In this document: piece by piece, positions 56,937 through 64,000 of the stretch
Layout: each line of letters begins with the position of its first letter
How positions within the stretch are numbered: position 1 is the first letter of the stretch
Sequence record: NC_019521.1
DNA: 64,000 nt
Direction: 5' to 3' (one strand)
Notes under the pieces: generated by a model
The model's database searches: none
Told to the model about the DNA's origin: nothing
The model's input: the letters and a program-made list of their open reading frames with translations, nothing else
Position numbers and translations under genes: made by a program

Positions 56937-57141
56937 TAATGCTTTAAATCGTTTACAGGAAAGTACTAAACGGTTAAATGCTTCATATGAATCAATAATA
57001 AAACGATTCGATGAATTAGATGAAAGTATTTCAGAATTGAAGAATCTAAATACTGAAATATTGTTCAAATCTGTAACTAAGTTACATGAAGTCGAAACAG
57101 AATTACATAAACAAATAACAGAAATCAAACAACTAATATAA
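56923..57141 (+). CDS. Small coiled-coil protein
   Basis: Heptad pattern; ATG 56923 preferred over GTG 56881. Confidence 0.6.
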   Translation: MDNLNNALNRLQESTKRLNASYESIIKRFDELDESISELKNLNTEILFKSVTKLHEVETELHKQITEIKQLI

Positions 57142-57143
57142 AA

Positions 57144-59153
57144 ATGAAAACTCAGAAACTATTAATATCGTTAGTTCTATTTATTACGACATTAACGACA
57201 TTCGCTCAAAACGATTTGAAAGTTCGTACAAGATCAGCAGATGGATATCTTCAAACTGATTACTTTCTAAACGTTCCAAAAAGATTAACAATTCCTTCAG
57301 GTCCTACTGAAACATTAAATTCGAGTTTAATCGATACTACTAAACAAGCTTCATTATTCTTCAACACTACAACTAAGAAACTTAGAGCATTCGATCCAGT
57401 TGGAATGTCATGGGCTGATGTTGTAGCTGGAGGAAGTGACAGTCCTATTAAACTTAACAATAGCACTATTTACGATTCTAGAACTTCTAATTACTCAAAC
57501 AATAACAGTATTTTTCTAGGTGATATGGCTGGAAGAAATGCCACTAATGCTAACAATTCGATAATACTTGGTTATTATTCTGGTAATAATGCAACTAATT
57601 CTAGAAATTCTGTATTTATTGGTAACAGTACAGGTAATGGTGCTACAGCCGCAAACGAATCTGTATTTCTAGGTAGCTACGCAGGTGATGGTGCTACAGG
57701 TGCACATAGCTCAATAATGTTAGGAGAAAATGCAGGTTATAATGCAACAGGTGCTAGTATGTCTATTCTTTTAGGGAAACAGGCAGGTAAAGGTTTTACT
57801 GATAATGGTAATGTAAATACTATAGGAACTAATAATATCATCATTGGTAGAAATATATCATTACCAAACGCATTCACGAATGGTATAAATATCGGTGGTA
57901 TTCTTTTTGGTACTGGAACTAATGCTATTACAGGACTTAATCCAGTAATAACCCCAGTAATTGGTGGTAAAATTGGTATAGGTGTTATACCAACAACTAG
58001 TACTTTTGAAGTTGCTGGAACTGGTTCGTTTACTGGAACTGTTAAAGGTTCTAACGCAATAAATGCTAACGAATTCGCAACAAAAGGTCAAATGGACGCT
58101 CAATCAGTTATAGAAGGTGTTGACGTCAGTGGTAGATTAGCTTATAGATTGAGAGGTATTGGAGCGTTAGCTGGTGGTGCTGGATCAATAAATCTTTCAT
58201 CTGCTCCAGTTAGTCAAGCTGTTGGTGAAAATTCAGTAATCATAGGTGTTGGTGCTGCTGATGCAACATCGTCAATAAAAGCCAATGGGAACAATTCCGT
58301 TATCATTGGAGGTAATGCAGGACAGGGTGGTACATTAAGTACAACAGGTAACGGTATTTTATTAGGAGGTAATGTATATGCAGGTGGAAAAATATCATCA
58401 AATGGTACGACTATAAAATTAGATGCAGCTAATAGTAATGTAACAAACAATGGTACTATCATAGCATCAAGTATATCACAGGGTACGCATACATTTGAGT
58501 CAGCTACATCGATTTTTTCATCATATTTAACGTCACCTTCGTTCGAATTTAATCTTAGACCTAATATACTTTTGGGTGTTAGATTTGATAGAGGTGCTAT
58601 TAAACTAGGTAAAGGTACAAACGAAGACAGTGAATCAAATGCTACTATGATAGGTGGGTATTATCATGCTAGTATCTCAGACATGTCAACCAATATAACA
58701 TCAAATGGTAGAGGTAATGTCATCATTGGAGGTTTTGAACAAACATCATCTACTAACAAAACTATTAATAAATTTGCATACGGTAATGGTTCAGTTTTAC
58801 TTGGTGGTACTGGATTACAATCTAATACACATGCGGCTGTTACTATGGGTGTATATAACGATCCAATAATAACAACTAAACGAAACAGTTATGTTGCTAC
58901 TGATCCTATTTTCATAATAGGTAATGGTACAAGTGATGTAGCACGTAGTAATTCGTACGTGATGCATGGTAACGGTAATTCTTTACAGATTGGAACAGCT
59001 ACAGCTAAACAATTTAACGTATCTAATCTTAATGAAGCACCAACCTCAGCTACAGACACAGGTACGATAGGTGAGATAAGAATAACAGCTGATTACATTT
59101 ACATATGCGTTGGTGCTAACGAATGGAAACGTACAGCATTATCAACTTGGTAA
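57144..59153 (+). CDS. Gly/Asn/Ser-rich fibre/adhesin-like protein with signal peptide
   Basis: MKTQKLLISLVLFITTLTTFA-Q signal, beta-roll repeats, C-terminal APTSATDTGTIGEIR..YIYICVGANEWKRTALSTW module. Confidence 0.6.
   Translation: MKTQKLLISLVLFITTLTTFAQNDLKVRTRSADGYLQTDYFLNVPKRLTIPSGPTETLNSSLIDTTKQASLFFNTTTKKLRAFDPVGMSWADVVAGGSDSPIKLNNSTIYDSRTSNYSNNNSIFLGDMAGRNATNANNSIILGYYSGNNATNSRNSVFIGNSTGNGATAANESVFLGSYAGDGATGAHSSIMLGENAGYNATGASMSILLGKQAGKGFTDNGNVNTIGTNNIIIGRNISLPNAFTNGINIGGILFGTGTNAITGLNPVITPVIGGKIGIGVIPTTSTFEVAGTGSFTGTVKGSNAINANEFATKGQMDAQSVIEGVDVSGRLAYRLRGIGALAGGAGSINLSSAPVSQAVGENSVIIGVGAADATSSIKANGNNSVIIGGNAGQGGTLSTTGNGILLGGNVYAGGKISSNGTTIKLDAANSNVTNNGTIIASSISQGTHTFESATSIFSSYLTSPSFEFNLRPNILLGVRFDRGAIKLGKGTNEDSESNATMIGGYYHASISDMSTNITSNGRGNVIIGGFEQTSSTNKTINKFAYGNGSVLLGGTGLQSNTHAAVTMGVYNDPIITTKRNSYVATDPIFIIGNGTSDVARSNSYVMHGNGNSLQIGTATAKQFNVSNLNEAPTSATDTGTIGEIRITADYIYICVGANEWKRTALSTW
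57507..57812 (+). repeat. Six 17-aa coding repeats S[IV]x[LI]GxxAGxxATxAxx
   Basis: 51-nt period confirmed between S codons at 57507 and 57762. Confidence 0.8.
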
Positions 59154-59156
59154 AAA

Positions 59157-59164
59157 TATACATA
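59157..59164 (+). promoter_or_regulatory. TATACATA late-type promoter motif
   Basis: Exact octamer upstream of 59187. Confidence 0.5.
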
Positions 59165-59186
59165 TATCAATTAAACAAAATAGACC

Positions 59187-59711
59187 ATGAAAAGTTTTAT
59201 AGTTAAGCATTTAGTTTTCGATTGGAAATTCAAAACTAATGTATTCTTCATTTTTGCAAATATTTTCATATTTGCTGTTCCACATGCTTATATTACGTCA
59301 TTACGTGTTGGAAACATATTCGCATGTTCTGTAGCATTACTGTATTTGATAGCAATGATTCTAAAGAAACGTGAGAAAGCTGTAATAGTTTCTTCAGTAC
59401 CTAGACCATATCTTATCATATTTGGAGGTCTGTCTATAGTAGCTGCGATTAGTATAGCTTTAGATTTACCGACAATACCAAGTTTTATAGCAGCGTTCTT
59501 AGTATCATGGGTTATCTATTTACTTCCTTTGATTTATCAAAAGATTTTTGGTAGATTCACTTGGAATGATTTAGATGACTCTCAAAAATGGCAATTAGGT
59601 TTAGCTGAAGGTGGTGGTTACATAACTCCTGGAAAGGAAATTATGACGGAAGAAAACTGGAAAGAATGGAGGGATTTAGATCATAAATTTAAACTAGAAT
59701 TATTCGGATAA
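59187..59711 (+). CDS. 4-TM membrane protein
   Basis: Four hydrophobic segments; late block. Confidence 0.65.
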   Translation: MKSFIVKHLVFDWKFKTNVFFIFANIFIFAVPHAYITSLRVGNIFACSVALLYLIAMILKKREKAVIVSSVPRPYLIIFGGLSIVAAISIALDLPTIPSFIAAFLVSWVIYLLPLIYQKIFGRFTWNDLDDSQKWQLGLAEGGGYITPGKEIMTEENWKEWRDLDHKFKLELFG

Positions 59712-59712
59712 A

Positions 59713-60456
59713 ATGTCTCATCAAACATACGGAATTGTAGCAGATATCTCTGACCCTATGAAGAAATCTAGGGTCAGAGTTCGTGTGTTTACTAGAACAG
59801 ATGACGAGAGTAAAATCTCAACAGACCTGTTACCTTGGTACACACTTCATGGTAACACGAATTTACATTCATTACCAGCATTGAACGAAATCGTTAAAGT
59901 ACATTTATACGATGACGATATTCATGTTGGTGAATACGAAAGAATAAAATCAACTTATCTAGCTTTATCTGATGAAGATTACAAATCTGGTAGAATTCTA
60001 TTGTCAGAAAATCTTGACAACTTCGAAGATTCTGGCATAGTAGAAGTATCATATCGTAAAGAAACTGGATTAGAACTACAACTTCGTGAATCTAAAGTAA
60101 CAATTAGAAAGGACGGATCGATTTCGTTATACAATAAAGAATATGACAAGTACATACATCTTTCTAACGAATCGATTTCATTAGGATCGGATCAAAAATC
60201 TGCAGAACCTGGAACTCTTGGTCAGACTAACGTTGATATGCTAAATCAATTAAATGATACTATCAATACGTTAAGAGATGACTTATCAAGCTTTCTTAAG
60301 GATCAAGCTAAATTAGCTTTATCGAATCCTAGAACCGCACATTTAGCAAAGGGTTACATAAAATGTGATGCTACGATAACTAAACTTACATCAACTTTCA
60401 AAAAGAATAGTAGCGATTTCGAAAAGACTAAATCTAAAATAGTAACATTGGATTAA
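59713..60456 (+). CDS. gp5-like baseplate hub/spike protein (OB-fold N-terminus)
   Basis: YGIVADISDPMKKSRVRVRVF..LLPW typical of gp5/GpV N-termini. Confidence 0.65.
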   Translation: MSHQTYGIVADISDPMKKSRVRVRVFTRTDDESKISTDLLPWYTLHGNTNLHSLPALNEIVKVHLYDDDIHVGEYERIKSTYLALSDEDYKSGRILLSENLDNFEDSGIVEVSYRKETGLELQLRESKVTIRKDGSISLYNKEYDKYIHLSNESISLGSDQKSAEPGTLGQTNVDMLNQLNDTINTLRDDLSSFLKDQAKLALSNPRTAHLAKGYIKCDATITKLTSTFKKNSSDFEKTKSKIVTLD

Positions 60457-60471
60457 AATAATACATATATC

Positions 60472-61437
60472 ATGAACACAAATTATTCATTACCTACAGT
60501 TCCAGAAGTTAAATCTAATGTTACATATACATTATCTGAATCAGCTTCAAAGGGTTCTAATTTTGTATTACTAGATCGTAAACTTGACGAACGATTTGAA
60601 ATCGTTAGTGTTCAAGGTAACGTTCATATGATCGTAAGCTCCGTTAAAAGGGAAAACGGTAAAGTATATAACGAAATATATCCAGCTTTATTATCTAACG
60701 TATCTTCAGGTTATGAAATTTCATGTTTATTATATAATCGAAACAATAACAATCTGATACTATCTTCTGAGAATAATTATGATCTGATTTCAAGATTCAT
60801 GATTTTAGCTGAAGAACTTAAATCTCTGTTCAAACAGTTATCTTCAGTTACTCTTAAATTACCTGATGATGCTTATAAGATAGCAGTTCGTAACGGTTTT
60901 ACAGGAACTGAACAACAATGGTTATCTTCGTTAAAAGGTAAGGATGGTATATCTCTTGATCCAGCTTTATATGTTACTTCTATTATCTTTAATCAAACAG
61001 TTAACGATCTTAATGCTAGAATAGATGCTATCGAAATTCCAAGTATATCAATGACATTGAACACTTGGGATAATCAAAGATCATATTCTGAAAACGAATT
61101 CTGTTCTAAAATATTAACTAACGGATTTGAATTAATGTTCAAATCTAAAACTGATGATAATTTAGATAATGATCCTATTTCAGATTCAACTAATTGGGAA
61201 TGTATAAACAATTCTAAAAAGGTAATATTTGATGCTGACAATACTAAAGATGAAACTGAAATAATCGTAGATTCTGAACTAAGATTATTATTCGGTAACT
61301 ATCCTACTGTTAATACTTACGAAGATGGTATCGAACAAATGTCATGTATCGTAAGACGTGAAGTTGACGTTAACGATGATTTAGTTAAACTTATCATAGT
61401 AACAAACAAATTAAATTACAAAATCATATTATCGTAA
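60472..61437 (+). CDS. Probable structural protein
   Basis: AYKIAVRNGFTGTEQQWLSSLKG motif common in phage tail/fibre proteins; AATACATA at 60460. Confidence 0.55.
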   Translation: MNTNYSLPTVPEVKSNVTYTLSESASKGSNFVLLDRKLDERFEIVSVQGNVHMIVSSVKRENGKVYNEIYPALLSNVSSGYEISCLLYNRNNNNLILSSENNYDLISRFMILAEELKSLFKQLSSVTLKLPDDAYKIAVRNGFTGTEQQWLSSLKGKDGISLDPALYVTSIIFNQTVNDLNARIDAIEIPSISMTLNTWDNQRSYSENEFCSKILTNGFELMFKSKTDDNLDNDPISDSTNWECINNSKKVIFDADNTKDETEIIVDSELRLLFGNYPTVNTYEDGIEQMSCIVRREVDVNDDLVKLIIVTNKLNYKIILS

Positions 61438-62192
61438 TGGATTTATTAGTAATAAGAGATTTAGCTACAGATAACGAAACATTAGGTAAACTATATATCG
61501 ATGGTAAGTTTTTCTGTTATACATTGGAAGACGTTTCAAGACCTGTAAAATTGTACGGTGATACTTGTATTCCTTATGACGATAACTATAAAGTTAAGAC
61601 TACTAATTCACCTAGATTCGGTAGACCTTTACCTTTAGTTTGGAATAACTCTAAAGACGAATCCGTAACTAATAGAAATGGTGACAGATGGTCGGGTATT
61701 CGTTTCCATGGTGGTAATCATCATATGCATACTTTAGGATGTTTATTAGTAGCTAAGAATAGATACGATAATAAACCTACGAAATTCGATTACAAAGGAA
61801 AGACTTATACTTTCGATAATTGGATTCAAGGTAGTATGATTGATCCGTTAGTTGCAAAACTTGGAAAGAATACTTCGAATATGAAGATAGTTTTATCAGA
61901 TAGTTTCAAAGATTTAAGAACTATCAATACTGATAAAATCAATTTCAGTTTTAAAGTAAACGAATTAGATAATTCAGATACTTTAAAAATTAAGAACGCT
62001 TTGATTAAACATGGATATCCAATTGAAGATAGTAAGTTCGATTGGGTTATGCAAGAATACGTATACATGTTTCAGAAAGCTAATGGAATAAATCCAAACG
62101 GTATCGTTAACAAAGAAACTATGACAGCTTTAGGTCTGTTATGGGATGATTACGAATTAGTTGAACCAATCGATCATTTAAAAATCAAATAA
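61437..62192 (+). CDS. DUF5675-like putative peptidoglycan hydrolase with C-terminal PG-binding domain
   Basis: TLGKLYIDGKFFCYTLED, IRFHGGN..TLGCLLV, FQKANGINPNGIVNKET. Confidence 0.7.
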   Translation: MDLLVIRDLATDNETLGKLYIDGKFFCYTLEDVSRPVKLYGDTCIPYDDNYKVKTTNSPRFGRPLPLVWNNSKDESVTNRNGDRWSGIRFHGGNHHMHTLGCLLVAKNRYDNKPTKFDYKGKTYTFDNWIQGSMIDPLVAKLGKNTSNMKIVLSDSFKDLRTINTDKINFSFKVNELDNSDTLKIKNALIKHGYPIEDSKFDWVMQEYVYMFQKANGINPNGIVNKETMTALGLLWDDYELVEPIDHLKIK

Positions 62193-62476
62193 TGTCACTA
62201 TCTAGTAAAGTAACAGCTTTAGGAAAGGATATAGAAAAAGCTAGTAAAGAAGCTATGAAATCAGCAATGAAATCAGCTGACAAAATTTCAGTGGTTGAAG
62301 CTAATACTTCTGATGATATATCTGAAACTTATTCTGAAAGATTCGCTTCGGAATTTGGAAAATCGTTTGGTCCTAAATTAGCTGAATTGATAAAGGACTA
62401 TGTTCAGGATGCTGAAGTAAAACACGTACTAACTGCACCTAACGGTCCAGTTAAAGGAGAAATAAAATTGCTATAA
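62192..62476 (+). CDS. Hypothetical late protein
   Basis: TAATG coupling. Confidence 0.65.
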   Translation: MSLSSKVTALGKDIEKASKEAMKSAMKSADKISVVEANTSDDISETYSERFASEFGKSFGPKLAELIKDYVQDAEVKHVLTAPNGPVKGEIKLL

Positions 62477-62478
62477 AA

Positions 62479-63303
62479 ATGACAGAACCTCAAAATCCAG
62501 ATTTCGGTGGTATACAGCTAACAGAAGCTGATTACTCTTTCATGACTTTCATACAATCTGAGATTTCAGAAGACGGTCAAATACCTTTCGAATATCCATT
62601 AGAATCTATGCCAAAAGTCATAAAGAAATGTGCATTGTTTTTCTATACAGAATACGATTTAGCTGTTCAAGAAGAATGGCTAATGATAAAGTATTCTGAT
62701 ATTCGTGACACTAATCAAAATCAATCTATAAGATTACCTGATGATATTCAAAACGTTTACGAATTGAAGGTTATCAATCAAAATAGTTGTATGGCTTGTG
62801 GTAACATGGCTAAGTTCGCACCTTGGGGTATGTTATCGTATATGTCAGGACCTATGAACGGTTCATATTCTTCTATAAGTAGACAACGTTCAACTATGTT
62901 CAATAACTTATATGACAGAGAAATGGGATTTCAGGAAGGTCTTATAAGAATGTTTGAAGTTCAGCAATATGAATCTCTGTTTACAAAAGGAGTAAGATTT
63001 AATTACAATCAGAACACGCATAAACTATTGATACAAGGTGCTTATAACGGTGATTTAGTTCTTTCAGTATTTAAACGAATTCCTCCGGAAGATTTGTATA
63101 ACGATAGATTGTTCATCGAATATGTTACAGCAGCATGTCTAATGCGTGTTAAACGTATCATAAATTCTTTCGATTTCCAATATCCTGGAAATGTTAAACT
63201 GAATGTCGATGAAATCACAGCTGACGCTAAAGAACGTTTCGATAAAGTTGAAGATTATATCAAGGAAACTAGTAACGGTTCCGATTTGATACTAATGAGT
63301 TAA
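62479..63303 (+). CDS. T4 gp13-like neck protein
   Basis: YNDRLFIEYVTA..YPGNVKLN..DAKER resembles gp13 YNDRWVKDYATA..LPGGVTID..EAR. Confidence 0.7.
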   Translation: MTEPQNPDFGGIQLTEADYSFMTFIQSEISEDGQIPFEYPLESMPKVIKKCALFFYTEYDLAVQEEWLMIKYSDIRDTNQNQSIRLPDDIQNVYELKVINQNSCMACGNMAKFAPWGMLSYMSGPMNGSYSSISRQRSTMFNNLYDREMGFQEGLIRMFEVQQYESLFTKGVRFNYNQNTHKLLIQGAYNGDLVLSVFKRIPPEDLYNDRLFIEYVTAACLMRVKRIINSFDFQYPGNVKLNVDEITADAKERFDKVEDYIKETSNGSDLILMS

Positions 63304-63324
63304 AAGTTACATGATCATTAATAC

Positions 63325-63354
63325 GAAACCTGTTAGAGAAATCTAACAGGTTTC
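63325..63354 (+). terminator. Terminator, 13-bp stem with GAAA loop
   Basis: gaaacctgttaga-gaaa-tctaacaggtttc then ttt. Confidence 0.8.
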
Positions 63355-63361
63355 TTTGTTT

Positions 63362-63369
63362 TATACATA
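63362..63369 (+). promoter_or_regulatory. TATACATA late-type promoter motif
   Basis: Exact octamer upstream of 63405. Confidence 0.5.
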
Positions 63370-63404
63370 AACTATAACGCATAAAAGAATAGATATTTGA
63401 ACTT

Positions 63405-64000
63405 ATGGCTAACAATCAAACTAGGGCTGAAAACTCACTATCTGAACAACTTAGACAATTGAATCTTAATTCAAACAATATCGTTGATATTATGAATGCT
63501 ATTCAAGAAGCTATAACTTCTGATAAAGTTTCTGTACCTTTTACAATTAAACATCCTGATGGAACTGAAACAACTATTCAGTTACCTACGAATACTTCAT
63601 TGTATAACGAATTAAAAATAGTCTTATCGAATCAAAAGCAAATACTTGGTCTTAATGAATCTGGTCAAAAAGCTGTAGTATTTCAAGATGGGGTAAGACG
63701 TAGTATTGTTCTTTCGTCATATGATAGAATGTTACAGAATTGGCAAAACATAACAAGACTTGAAGACGTTAAGTTATTGAACAAGTCTATTGTTATGAAC
63801 TTTATGAATCCAGTTTCTTCAGTAGCTTTCGATTTACCTTCAAACATTCTATCGACAAATCAAGTATTCGTAAAGAAAATAACTGTATCTAAAGAATTCA
63901 TAACGAATAATACTAACGAATTCGAATATTACGATTTAATACAAGCACTTAGAAATAGTGATACAGTTTTCAAAGAATATGAAGACGTATATGACACTGA
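63405..64000 (+). CDS. Probable structural protein, 3' truncated (not in ORF track)
   Basis: MANNQTRAENSLSEQLRQLNLN.. open for 198 codons to the window end. Confidence 0.75.
   Translation, partial: MANNQTRAENSLSEQLRQLNLNSNNIVDIMNAIQEAITSDKVSVPFTIKHPDGTETTIQLPTNTSLYNELKIVLSNQKQILGLNESGQKAVVFQDGVRRSIVLSSYDRMLQNWQNITRLEDVKLLNKSIVMNFMNPVSSVAFDLPSNILSTNQVFVKKITVSKEFITNNTNEFEYYDLIQALRNSDTVFKEYEDVYDT

Noticed and set aside
414-58462. Short track ORFs antisense or out of frame to real genes (e.g. 414-599, 1238-1468, 10046-10498, 14867-15082, 24313-24564, 30015-30197, 43478-43837, 48726-48935, 51321-51581, 58214-58462)
   Set aside because: Nested in longer, motif-bearing genes with no start context; shadow ORFs.
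59187-59711. Holin call for the 4-TM late protein
   Set aside because: Topology alone is not diagnostic; left as membrane protein.
1-64000. tRNA/rRNA genes, integrase, transposase or bacterial chromosomal origin
   Set aside because: No cloverleaf-sized intergenic gaps or recognisable motifs found by eye; T4-type core genes and dense small ORFs indicate a lytic phage.

Overview
AT-rich, gene-dense segment of a large T4-related (myovirus-type) dsDNA phage. Almost all genes are on the + strand; the one credible - strand gene is gp15-like. Core T4-type genes include gp32-like SSB, UvsW-like helicase, and gp15-, gp5(OB)- and gp13-like structural proteins. Also present are an NAD-dependent ligase, a DinG-like helicase, and a class Ib RNR set (nrdH-nrdI-nrdE with a mini-intein, nrdF displaced 3.4 kb). 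Starts lacking Shine-Dalgarno sites and Bacteroidota-style lipoprotein/signal peptides suggest a Bacteroidota host (inference). The most striking system is a multi-sugar cytosine hypermodification toolkit. It comprises a dCMP-type thymidylate-synthase-family enzyme, an arabinosyltransferase (Aat)-like protein, two T4 beta-glucosyltransferase-like paralogs, two GT2 paralogs, a dNMP kinase, rmlB-rmlC-rmlA, and a separate KdsD-like isomerase / nucleotidyltransferase-kinase fusion / KdsC-like phosphatase module. The non-coding DNA holds a second system: 21 TGAAAC-N17-TAnnAT type promoters, 8 of them with the -35 box in the loop of a co-varying hairpin. There is also a TATACATA late-type motif and a recurrent TTCAAYTATG start context. 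Other points are capsid-targeting-like N-termini (one gene broken by an amber codon), a tandem array of ACP-like proteins, a degenerate DHFR-like protein and unannotated microproteins. All homology calls come from motif recognition by eye, not database searches.
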